Virus record (IMG/VR): IMGVR_UViG_3300012816_000022
Location: 1-39,807 of that record
From: a virus
Lineage: Duplodnaviria; Caudoviricetes
Direction: 5' to 3' (one strand)
DNA: 39,807 nucleotides
Part shown: piece by piece, positions 1 to 8,754 of the stretch
Layout of the letters: each line of letters starts with the position of its first letter
Position numbering within the stretch: the first letter of the stretch is position 1
Made by a program: the position numbers and the translations under genes
Notes under the pieces: generated by a model
What the model was told of the DNA's origin: nothing
The model's input: the letters and a program-made list of their open reading frames with translations, nothing else
Database searches by the model: none

Positions 1-1776
1 CGGCACGATCACACCGGTTTCGGGCAGCACCTGCATGTTGAGCGTGATCCGCTCTTGCTTGCCGGTGTCCGACAGCTCGGCAATACCGCGCTGGCGATGG
101 GCGTCCGGGTGGGTGATCAGGGCATGGTTCACCTGCGGGGCGATGATGTTTCCCGGTGTACCCGTCCGAGTGAATGGGCCAAACACCCCGGCTCCAATGC
201 CGCCGAGGAACACGCGGTTGTATGCGGGCTTGTCGATGTACTCGGTTCCTTCCACCTCGGCCGCATCGGCTGGAATCTCAAAGTCGGGCGTGATGCTGTC
301 CCAGTACCAGGGCGCCAGGGGATAGCGCGGCAACACCCGCAGCGTGGCGGCTGTGTTGTGGGGCTGCACATAGCCGCCTGCAGCCCCTGCGATGTCGTTG
401 ATGGCGTCGATGTAGTTGCCCTGGATCGCCCAGGCCCCAGCTGGCACCAGCCAATCATCCAGGCCCCAATCCACCGTCCAGCCCATGGGCACGCCATTGA
501 CGGTGAGCACATCGGCCATGAGCTGCTGGGCCGTGCGGTCGACCAGGTTGCGAAAAGACTGCTTGGGAGCGTCGGCCGAGCCCAGCACCGAGGCCTTGCC
601 CTTGCCAGACACCACCCAGCGCGTGGGGCTGAAACGCCGGTCCCGCGACTTCGCCTCCAGCCGCAGGCGGAACTCCACCCCATTCACGAAGACAGCCAGC
701 TCGGCCGGATCGCCCGCGCTGTCGCGGCCCAGGTGGTTTGCCGCATCGCTGTGCAGCGTGGCCGTCCAGGACCAGGTCCAGGACTGGTGGTCCAGCGACA
801 TGCTGAAGCTGTAGGCGCGCAGCTCGGCGCCCGTGTCCACCCGGTGCAGGGTGATGTTGTTGATCACGATGTAGGTACTCCGAACAGGGATAACGATGGT
901 TTCGCCTGGCTGCGGCCCCGGCCCATGCCGCTCGCACACGAACACCAGGCCCACAGGCTGGCTGCTGTCGGCCAGCTCTTCAAACACCAGGTGCGCTGGC
1001 AGGCTGGGCACGTAGCACGGGTCATCGACGGGCGGCTGCACCGGCTTGCTGATGCCTGGCAGTGGCTTGCGGGCCTCCTCGTACCGCGAGGCCCACACCC
1101 GTGACAGCGGCACCGCACGGCCGAAGCTGCTGAGTACTCCGGCTTGGCGGCCCAGTGCCTCTTCAAAGCGGGCTTGCACCAGGTGGCGCAGGCGGGTGGC
1201 GTCTTCAAACCGCTGCAGGACCGGGGCTGCTGCCAGTGGCTGTGCCTGCTGCATGCCCTGCAGGGCGACGGAGCGCAGGCGCTCGGCTTCTTCAAACCGC
1301 TGCAGGGCTGGGGCGCTGCCCAGACGCTGCGCCTGCTGCATGACCTGGCGCACGACAGCCGCCAGGGGCTGTGCCTGCTGCCAGCGCGTCTGGTGGGGGG
1401 CGCCCACAGTGCGGCCGTCCTGCCACACAGCCTGCACGGCTGCATGCACGGGCTGAGCCTGCTCATACCGCACCTGGGTGCTTGCGTGCACCGCCCGGGC
1501 ATCCTGCCAGCCGCTCACAGTGGTGGCAGCGAGGGGACGCTCCACGTTCACATCGAACAGCACACCGATCCGGCCGCGCAGGCCCGTGAGGGTGCCCGCC
1601 GCCCGCAGCCTGGTCGCCACGCGCACGCCGATCCGCCCGCGCAACCCGGTGATCGTGCCGCTGGCCAGCAGCTCGACCGCACCAGGCGGCAGGCCGCTGT
1701 CGTCGCCAAAGACGATCTCGACAGGACCACCCGAAGGGTTCGGGAGCTGACCAAAGAGCAGATCGGTGCTTGCCAC
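1..1776 (-). CDS. Tail tip / central tail hub-like virion protein (3' end beyond window edge)
   Basis: Not in ORF track because it has no stop in the window. GTG at 1776 opens MASTDLLFGQLPNPSGGPVEIVFGDD...WQQAQP repeats...SFSMSLDHQSWTWSW...WTVDWGLDDWLVPAGAW...TGVIVP, in frame to base 1; position at distal end of tail operon. Confidence 0.75.
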   Translation of the reverse strand, partial: MASTDLLFGQLPNPSGGPVEIVFGDDSGLPPGAVELLASGTITGLRGRIGVRVATRLRAAGTLTGLRGRIGVLFDVNVERPLAATTVSGWQDARAVHASTQVRYEQAQPVHAAVQAVWQDGRTVGAPHQTRWQQAQPLAAVVRQVMQQAQRLGSAPALQRFEEAERLRSVALQGMQQAQPLAAAPVLQRFEDATRLRHLVQARFEEALGRQAGVLSSFGRAVPLSRVWASRYEEARKPLPGISKPVQPPVDDPCYVPSLPAHLVFEELADSSQPVGLVFVCERHGPGPQPGETIVIPVRSTYIVINNITLHRVDTGAELRAYSFSMSLDHQSWTWSWTATLHSDAANHLGRDSAGDPAELAVFVNGVEFRLRLEAKSRDRRFSPTRWVVSGKGKASVLGSADAPKQSFRNLVDRTAQQLMADVLTVNGVPMGWTVDWGLDDWLVPAGAWAIQGNYIDAINDIAGAAGGYVQPHNTAATLRVLPRYPLAPWYWDSITPDFEIPADAAEVEGTEYIDKPAYNRVFLGGIGAGVFGPFTRTGTPGNIIAPQVNHALITHPDAHRQRGIAELSDTGKQERITLNMQVLPETGVIVP

Positions 1777-1785
1777 GGCCTGGCC

Positions 1786-2220
1786 TTATGTGAGCGAGGT
1801 GGCGCCCAGGAGCACCAGGCCACCGGCCTGCAGCAGCGGGCTGGTCTCACCAGGTGGCGTGACGCCCCCGGCCACCCAGAAGTCGCCGCCATTGGCCTCA
1901 TCTGTCACGCTGCCCTCGGCCACGATGGCGCCAGCGCCGTTGACCCACAGCGCCCAGCGCGGCAGGCCCGTGCTCATCACCAGGGTGCCATCGGGGTTCG
2001 CGACATGCAGCACCAGCGCACCACCCACGATGGAGGCGCAAGGCACGGCCAGCACCACCTCGGCTTGCGGCAAGTCGCCTGCAGCACCATCCAGGGCCGC
2101 GTGCCGAGCGGTGGTGTAAAGCTGAATCTTGCTGGGGCCGGGGCCAATGTCCGCCGTCGCGATGACGGCCTCCAGCTGGGCCAGGGACAACACGGGGCCA
2201 ACCCGGAAGGTGCCGCTCAT
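1786..2220 (-). CDS. Small tail/virion structural protein (144 aa)
   Basis: ATG at 2220 overlaps upstream stop (ATGA); MSGTFRVGPVLSLAQLEAVIA...; tail operon context. Confidence 0.7.
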   Translation of the reverse strand: MSGTFRVGPVLSLAQLEAVIATADIGPGPSKIQLYTTARHAALDGAAGDLPQAEVVLAVPCASIVGGALVLHVANPDGTLVMSTGLPRWALWVNGAGAIVAEGSVTDEANGGDFWVAGGVTPPGETSPLLQAGGLVLLGATSLT

Positions 2221-3581
2221 GACAGCACCTCGGGCGTGAGCTTGTTGGCCGCCACAGGCCGGAAGTTGCCCGCCGCGTCTTCGGCCAGCGTCAGAAACTG
2301 CTGGCTGGTGTCGATGCCAGTGAATGCGAAGGCACCCGTGACTGGATCGCTCCACGTCTCACGAATGGGCAGTTTGCTGCGCTGGTGATGCAGCACCACG
2401 CGGGCCTTGGTGGGGGTATTGGGCGCGCCCTTGGTCTTGGTGGTGCCGTAAATGGTGCCGGGTCCACCGAACTCGGTATCTCTTGCCTGCAGCACCCTTG
2501 ACCGGGTTGTCGCGCTTGTCGGCACCTGTGCGCTGGCCGCTGACAGCAGCGAGCGGGGAGCAGATGCCATCACGACCGACTCGGCAAACAGATTCGTGCC
2601 CGACTCGCTGTCCCATGCGGTCGCTCCAGACGGGATTGCTGCACCCAATTCAGCGGCCGTTGTGAGCAGGACTGCTCCGGCAGAGGCACCCGATGAACTT
2701 GGGGCCAAGAGATCAATGATGTAGTCGGCGCCCACCACAAAATTCGGCAGGAGGACTGGGGGCGACCAAGCCCCTCCGTTCTTCTTGATCGCCATGTAGC
2801 CGGTGGCGAGGTCCACGTCGTAGTAGGCGGTATCCCCAACCACTTTCGGAGCGCCGGGATTTGGACTCACGGTAATGATGGATGCGGTCGGGTAGTAGTA
2901 CAAAGAGTCGTTTTCACCGTAGAGCAGCCAGTGTTTCCCGACGGTGTAAGTCCCCCAGCCACTCAGGGCGGCCAGCCCGCCAAAAAAGGTCTGCGGCGGG
3001 TTCACCACGCTCAGCCGCAAACCAAAGACGCGCCGTCCGCTCGAGCGCGGCGCATTGGTACGGACAATCCCAGAAAAGTTGCTCCCTACCCAAGCTTCGC
3101 GGCCGAAGATTGCTGCGGAGCCCCCCTTGCTCGCGGCATCCCAGTCCGAGGGGGAGTCCACCCGAAACTTCGGGTCATTGGGGGTCCACTGCCCCGCACC
3201 GGGATAGATCACCCGCCCAAAGCTCAAGTCGGTGGTCCAGGCTGTCCCGTTGGTCGAGTATTGCAATGTGGCCCATCCGAGGAACTCGGCCAGGCCTGCA
3301 GCGGCGATGCGTGGGTATGGGTCGGTCACTGCAGCGCCGAAGTCCCAGGACAAGAAGAACCCGCCCGAGCGCACCGCGCTTGCACTGAAGCGCACCAGGG
3401 TGCTCGCATCGGCGTCCTGCAGGGCCGCCAGAGTCCCCGAGGCCGGGGCATGGCTGCAGGTGAGCGTCGCGGTGCTGTCCACACGGGAGCCCGCGATCAG
3501 CCAATGCAGCCCGCCCAGCTCCAGGGCTCCTTCTGCGTAGGCACGCAGGCCCACTAGCCTCCAATACCGTGCAGAGGCCAT
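2217..3581 (-). CDS. Tail fibre / receptor-binding protein with central SPRY/ConA-like domain
   Basis: ATG at 3581 overlaps upstream TGA. N-term ARYWRLV motif; central VRTNAPRSSGRRVF...YYDVDLATGYMAIKKNG (SPRY-like); C-term IYGTTK...ARVVL...RETWSDPVTGAFAF typical of phage fibre-associated domains. Confidence 0.65.
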   Translation of the reverse strand: MASARYWRLVGLRAYAEGALELGGLHWLIAGSRVDSTATLTCSHAPASGTLAALQDADASTLVRFSASAVRSGGFFLSWDFGAAVTDPYPRIAAAGLAEFLGWATLQYSTNGTAWTTDLSFGRVIYPGAGQWTPNDPKFRVDSPSDWDAASKGGSAAIFGREAWVGSNFSGIVRTNAPRSSGRRVFGLRLSVVNPPQTFFGGLAALSGWGTYTVGKHWLLYGENDSLYYYPTASIITVSPNPGAPKVVGDTAYYDVDLATGYMAIKKNGGAWSPPVLLPNFVVGADYIIDLLAPSSSGASAGAVLLTTAAELGAAIPSGATAWDSESGTNLFAESVVMASAPRSLLSAASAQVPTSATTRSRVLQARDTEFGGPGTIYGTTKTKGAPNTPTKARVVLHHQRSKLPIRETWSDPVTGAFAFTGIDTSQQFLTLAEDAAGNFRPVAANKLTPEVLS

Positions 3582-4744
3582 CAACGGCTCCAGTTGCCTG
3601 TGATATCGAGGAGCACTGCACCAGGAGTGACGCTTCCGGACGGAGGCGCGACACGGATCGCCATGAGGCGACGCCCGGCCAGGTCGTCGGTACCGTCCAC
3701 GATGACGCCAGAGGTAAACGCACCGCCACAGTCCTGCACGGGATGCAGGAGCCCGGGTAGCGTGCCTCGGATGCCCATGGCATGCAGCTCCAGAACGCTG
3801 GTCAACAGGCCATTGTTAGGACCGTTGGGATACGTGCCCAGCGAATACCCCGCAGTGCCTGCATAGACATCGGCTGTGGACCCGTTGTGGTGAGCGCCCA
3901 GGCGCTGCATGGCGATCGACTGCCCGATTGCCGTGTGCGATCGCACCATGTAAGCGCCAGAGCGGGCACTGCGGTGCGACCAGCCGCAACACCCATCCGA
4001 CACCGTGGTCGCAAAGGTTTGGTCGGCCTGGTTGCCGGTGACCAGATACCCGTAGGCGTCGCCGCTTTTAAAGCTGGCGATATCGCCTGCGAACAGCAGG
4101 GTGAAGCGGCCTGCACCGGCAGGGTCAGCCGCCAGGTAGAACGCACGCTCGTCGGCGACCAGATACCAGGGCCGCGCCGTGGCGTTGGCCACGCTGCTCT
4201 TGGGCCAGTACAGACCGCCCGCGAGCTGACTCTCCAGCGGCGTTGGCCCAGCCCCGGTCGACACGTCGGTCATGCTCTCGTAGGCACGCACGCGGGCATT
4301 GATGGTGCCCGTGTCATCCACCCGCAGGACGCAGCCGGTGGCCTCGGGCACGGTGGGCTTGACGCACAGCACATTGGCAAGTGCACCAGCAAACAGCTCC
4401 TGCCAGCCTGCAGCCGCCACCTTGTGGGTGATGGTGCCGGTGGCCGCGCCGTCTGCGATGCCAGGCGCGGCATAGGTCACGGCGTTGGTGGTGATGGAGA
4501 GGATGCGCTTTTGCCCATTCAGGCCTGCAGGCGTTGCCCCTGCGAACTGGCTCACCGAGCCCACGCGGTAGGGGTGCGCGCCCGGAAAAGTGGCGGTGGC
4601 GATGCCCGCTGCCACGGTGAGCGTCGCCACGGCGCCAGCACCGAAGCCGTCAACCAGGCAGGCTTTGACCAACGCGCGCAGAGCGCCAGCGGAACCAGAG
4701 AGGACGGGGGCGCCCGTCATGGCGGAGTCGAAGGTGTAGATCAT
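3581..4744 (-). CDS. Tail fibre-associated virion protein
   Basis: 387 aa; N-term FDSAMTGAPVLSGSAGALRALVKACLVDGFG is a recurrent N-terminus of proteobacterial siphophage tail proteins. Confidence 0.7.
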   Translation of the reverse strand: MIYTFDSAMTGAPVLSGSAGALRALVKACLVDGFGAGAVATLTVAAGIATATFPGAHPYRVGSVSQFAGATPAGLNGQKRILSITTNAVTYAAPGIADGAATGTITHKVAAAGWQELFAGALANVLCVKPTVPEATGCVLRVDDTGTINARVRAYESMTDVSTGAGPTPLESQLAGGLYWPKSSVANATARPWYLVADERAFYLAADPAGAGRFTLLFAGDIASFKSGDAYGYLVTGNQADQTFATTVSDGCCGWSHRSARSGAYMVRSHTAIGQSIAMQRLGAHHNGSTADVYAGTAGYSLGTYPNGPNNGLLTSVLELHAMGIRGTLPGLLHPVQDCGGAFTSGVIVDGTDDLAGRRLMAIRVAPPSGSVTPGAVLLDITGNWSR

Positions 4745-4753
4745 GGTGGCGGT

Positions 4754-6661
4754 TTAGATGACGGGGTTGGTGGGCGTGCGGTCGATATCACCGCGCTCGG
4801 TCAGTTCAAAGGCGTAGTCGGTACCGATGGCCTCGGAGGGCTGCGTGGCGCGGATCGCCACCAGCGGGAAATACGCCCCCACCGTGGGCAGGAACAGCGT
4901 GTTGCCGGGCACCCAGCCCGCTCCCCAGCCCGCAGCCGCGAGCGTGAAGTACGGCGCCCCGCTGATCGGGTTGATCGGGGCGATGGCCGTGTTGCGGCTG
5001 AAGGTGCCCAGGTTGCCCACGTGCTCGCCGATCACCTCGACGTCAGTGCCTCCGGTGAGGACACGCAGGGCAAAGCGCTCGGTCACGGCGCCCGCGTTGG
5101 TCACCACCACGGGGAAAGCACCGTCGTTGTAGGTGGCGGGTGCTGGGTTGCCCACTGTGACGTCGGCCCAGCTCACGCCGTCCCAGGTCTGCTGGTCAAA
5201 CACGGGTAAGGCACGGGCGCGCAGGTTGCCCGCCATGACGGCGCTCGACACGATGGAGCCCACCGGGAAGTTGTGGGCGAGCTGCTTGGTGAGCTTGAGC
5301 GTGCCGTCGATCTGCACGTCGGCTACGCGCGCCATCTGCTCGATGCGGTGCTTCACCGTCACGGGCTGCACCCAGCCGGTCACATCGGTCACGGCGATGG
5401 TGCCCGCGTTCAGATCGGGGCTGTAGCCCGTGCGGATAAGCTGGCCGTCAGCGCCGACCAGGTAGACACGGGACAGGCGCTCCCGGGCGCAGTTGATGGT
5501 CTGGCCTGCGCTGTAAACGGCGGCTGGCACCACGCCTGTGTGGCCGATCACCACATACGAGCCCACGCGGTATTTGGGCACCCGGCCATCGGGCGGCAGG
5601 CGCACAGGGTCCAGGCCCACGATGTCCGCATCCAGCGGCAGATAGAAGTACGCCACGCTGTTGTAGCGCAGGGTGGTCGGGTCCACCGGCCACGGCCGCC
5701 AGATCTTGCCCGCCTCCACCGTTCCGACTTCAGCGGGGTCGTACCACCATTCGGCCTGCTGCGCGGCGGTCAATGTGGAATCCAGCACGAAGTCCCCGAA
5801 CTGCAGCTCGACCACGCCGGTCAGGTAGTCCATGTGCCCCCAGATGTGGGTGCCCTGCAGGTTGCCGTTCAGATCGCCCGTGGCCGTGAGTGCGTTGCCC
5901 GCCGTGTCGGTGAGCGTCAGCACGAAGCCGGTGGGCTTGATCGGGGCCGCCTGGGTGCGCATGAACAGGCTGGCGGTCTTCCAGGCGCTGCGGCGCGTCC
6001 ACAGGCTCTGCAGCGTGATCGTGTTGGGGTTCGGCCCCACCACGTAGTCGGTCATGCGCACAGTGCCTGCGGCGTAGTCGATGCGGCCCGAGTCGATGCC
6101 GGGATTGCCCGCAGTGCGGCCCCGATAGATCACGCCCTCGAAGTCGGTATAGGTCTGGCCCATCCAGAGGAACTGCACGCTGCCAGGCACGATGGCATCG
6201 GACGTATAGGGGCACAGATCAATGACGATGGCCTCGGGCTGGAATGAATCGGTGCGGTGGGTGATCACGGCCGGTGCAACCCGATAGCGGGCCACCACGC
6301 TGGAGCCCGCGAGCACTTCCTCACCCACGCTCGCCGTCGCGTATTCCGCGCCTTTGCGGCTGTTGGTGGTAGTGGTTCCATTGCCGTCGCCCACCGTGTC
6401 AGAAAACTCTTTGGCGGTGTCAAAGTCGCTTTTGTAGGCCTCGGTGGTGCGGTCTGCGCGAACCATGCGCAGGCTCACAGCCTTGGCGGCGTAGTTGACG
6501 GTGCCCAGGCTGTTGATGAAGGAGCCCGCCCCGTCGTCAGTGACGGTGTGCACCACCACGAGCTTGTCGTCGGCCGTGCGCCCGGTCTCCTGGGTCAGGG
6601 AGCTGGAGTTGGTGTTGGACTTGGTCACGGTGAAGGGCCGCGAGACGTATACGATGGTCAT
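4754..6661 (-). CDS. Tail tip protein, C-terminal part
   Basis: 635 aa; YLPLDADIVGLDPVRLPPDGRVP motif; own RBS (AAGGGA) upstream of ATG. Confidence 0.7.
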   Translation of the reverse strand: MTIVYVSRPFTVTKSNTNSSSLTQETGRTADDKLVVVHTVTDDGAGSFINSLGTVNYAAKAVSLRMVRADRTTEAYKSDFDTAKEFSDTVGDGNGTTTTNSRKGAEYATASVGEEVLAGSSVVARYRVAPAVITHRTDSFQPEAIVIDLCPYTSDAIVPGSVQFLWMGQTYTDFEGVIYRGRTAGNPGIDSGRIDYAAGTVRMTDYVVGPNPNTITLQSLWTRRSAWKTASLFMRTQAAPIKPTGFVLTLTDTAGNALTATGDLNGNLQGTHIWGHMDYLTGVVELQFGDFVLDSTLTAAQQAEWWYDPAEVGTVEAGKIWRPWPVDPTTLRYNSVAYFYLPLDADIVGLDPVRLPPDGRVPKYRVGSYVVIGHTGVVPAAVYSAGQTINCARERLSRVYLVGADGQLIRTGYSPDLNAGTIAVTDVTGWVQPVTVKHRIEQMARVADVQIDGTLKLTKQLAHNFPVGSIVSSAVMAGNLRARALPVFDQQTWDGVSWADVTVGNPAPATYNDGAFPVVVTNAGAVTERFALRVLTGGTDVEVIGEHVGNLGTFSRNTAIAPINPISGAPYFTLAAAGWGAGWVPGNTLFLPTVGAYFPLVAIRATQPSEAIGTDYAFELTERGDIDRTPTNPVI

Positions 6662-6673
6662 AGGGCGGTCCCT

Positions 6674-8347
6674 TTAGGAGCTGCGAGGCCAGTTCACGTA
6701 CAAGCCGGTCGTCGACTCAGGCTCCCGGTATTCGGGCACCGTGCGGATGGTGTACGTGACGTCGACCGTCTTGGTGGCGTTGGTGTTGGTCAGACTGCCG
6801 CCGCTGGTGTTGCTGACAGCGCGGGCCGTGGCCCACTCGATCTGCAGGGTGCTGGCCGCAGGCTGCTGCTGCAGCGCCAGGGCGACGAAGCCGCCGGCAT
6901 CCGGGGCGCCGGGGGCGAGGATTTCTGTGACGACCTGGTCGGTGTCGTAGGCGGTGCTGATCTCCCCACCCGCGTCAGGCAGGTACACGGTGCGCAGCAG
7001 CACCGTCCCGCTGGGGTAGTCGATCAGGCCAGATGCGTCGCCGCTGATGACACCTGCGGCGTTCGTGGTGGCGGTCCGAAGCACTCCGGCGCTGTACCAG
7101 GTGAACACGGGCGAGCCAGGCACAACGCCTTCATGCTCCAACGTCCAGCAGTACTCCGGGGCGCGGATGGCGGCCCCTTGGGTGCTGCGGTTGGTGAAGC
7201 CGACGCGCTCCCCCCACTGGATGATGATCGCGCTGCCTGCGTCGGGCAGGACGGGCAGTGTGATGCTGCCGCTGCCCGTGCCGTAGATGAGCTGGCCTGC
7301 GCCACTGCCTGCAAAGGCGCCTGCGCCATCGTCCTGCAGCTCGTACCAGGTGCCCAGCGCTCTCCAGCTGATCGTGACCGAGCCTGGCTCTGGGAGCGGC
7401 TTGAGCATGAAGACGTAATTGAACCCCCGGTTCTCCTGACCGATCTTGATGCGCTGGGTGTGGGCAGCTACCCCGATCTCCACCCGGCGCGGAGCCTCGG
7501 CCAGGACGATGGAGCGCGCTGCGGCCGGGCGTTGGTCGAGTGCCGAGGTCTCGGTGCGCGAGTTGGGGACGAGCTGGGTGTAGATGCTGTCCACCTTCAC
7601 GTTCGTGTCGCCGATGGTTCCGGCCAGCACGGTGGGGGCAGCGCCGTAGTACTCGGCCGCATCCGCCACGGTGGTGTCGCGGATCATGGTCTTGCCTGCC
7701 GCGCGGCCGAAGCCCCGGTCGGGTGGGCTCCCCGGAAAGTCAAAACGCAGGCTGTCCGAGAGGTCGAGCTGGGTGACCGAGCCCAGGAAGTCCACATAGG
7801 TGCCGTTGCTGTTGTACGTGAACACCCGTGTTTCGGTGGTGGCCTTGGTCACCCGCACGTACTGGACCCGCTCGCCCGCCAGGCCTTCGTTGTAGATCAG
7901 CACCAGGGTGCGGCCGATGGGCGGCGTGGCCGTGCCAGGCCGGTGGAAAAGCTGAATGTTCCGCTGGCCCTGGACATGGTTCTCCAGCAGGTAGCCAGAC
8001 CACTCGGACGCCTTGATCAGGTAGTTGGCAATGGCCGCCGCGATCTCGGTGCGGCGGGCGAACAGGTTGCACTTGGCGAGGGTCACCGACACGTTGGGGT
8101 CGGTGGGCGGCATGGACAGGATGAAGTTCGCGCCCATGTAGGGCTCGGCGTTGTTGGTCATCACAGCCGCGTGCACCTGCATGACGCTCACGGCGCCACC
8201 GGCCCGGTCGGCCTCGGTGATGTCGCGGAAGATGTGGTTGCTGCCGCCGTAGGGGATGACGTTGCCGGTGGGGCCGCCGCCGCCCTCGGGCACGTCGTCC
8301 ATCACACGGGACGCGAGCAGCTTGATGTCGCCTTCAAGGATGGTCAT
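6674..8347 (-). CDS. Tail tip protein, N-terminal part
   Basis: 557 aa; MTILEGDIKLLASRVMDDVPEGGG...IFRDITEADRAGG N-terminus typical of this class of siphophage tail tip protein. Confidence 0.7.
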   Translation of the reverse strand: MTILEGDIKLLASRVMDDVPEGGGGPTGNVIPYGGSNHIFRDITEADRAGGAVSVMQVHAAVMTNNAEPYMGANFILSMPPTDPNVSVTLAKCNLFARRTEIAAAIANYLIKASEWSGYLLENHVQGQRNIQLFHRPGTATPPIGRTLVLIYNEGLAGERVQYVRVTKATTETRVFTYNSNGTYVDFLGSVTQLDLSDSLRFDFPGSPPDRGFGRAAGKTMIRDTTVADAAEYYGAAPTVLAGTIGDTNVKVDSIYTQLVPNSRTETSALDQRPAAARSIVLAEAPRRVEIGVAAHTQRIKIGQENRGFNYVFMLKPLPEPGSVTISWRALGTWYELQDDGAGAFAGSGAGQLIYGTGSGSITLPVLPDAGSAIIIQWGERVGFTNRSTQGAAIRAPEYCWTLEHEGVVPGSPVFTWYSAGVLRTATTNAAGVISGDASGLIDYPSGTVLLRTVYLPDAGGEISTAYDTDQVVTEILAPGAPDAGGFVALALQQQPAASTLQIEWATARAVSNTSGGSLTNTNATKTVDVTYTIRTVPEYREPESTTGLYVNWPRSS

Positions 8348-8350
8348 GGA

Positions 8351-8749
8351 TCAGACTTTCAGAAAACGGAAGGTGGGGCGGTAGAACAGCTCGGGCGTGA
8401 TCTCGCCGTCCAGGAGCTTCCAGATCGGCTGGGCCGAGAAGCCGCCCTTGGCGTGGTCGAAGATGACCAGGTGCGTCTCGCCACGCAGGACCAGCTCGAG
8501 CTGGATACCTGGCAGCTTGGCCCAGGCCTGCAAGGAGCTGCACAGGGCGCGACTGATCCAGGCGTTGGTGTCGGTGCCTTCCAGCGTGATGGGCTGGCCC
8601 GCTTGCTTGAGGGACACGTCCACCAGCAGAGCGCCAGTGGTGCTATAGCCCGTGGCCTGCTCGACCGGGGACCAGTCGAACTCATCCGCCCAGTGCAGGC
8701 GGTCGCTCAGGGTTGCGGTCGTGCCGCTGTAAGTCAGGGTGATGCTCAT
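8351..8749 (-). CDS. Distal tail-like protein
   Basis: 132 aa directly after tape measure; LHWADEFDWSPVEQ...GALLVD motif. Confidence 0.65.
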   Translation of the reverse strand: MSITLTYSGTTATLSDRLHWADEFDWSPVEQATGYSTTGALLVDVSLKQAGQPITLEGTDTNAWISRALCSSLQAWAKLPGIQLELVLRGETHLVIFDHAKGGFSAQPIWKLLDGEITPELFYRPTFRFLKV

Positions 8750-8754
8750 GGGGT

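Noticed and set aside
1-4744. Diversity-generating retroelement or invertible G segment for tail fibres
   Set aside because: No reverse transcriptase, TR/VR pair, invertase or flanking inverted repeats in the window; cannot exclude them beyond the left edge.
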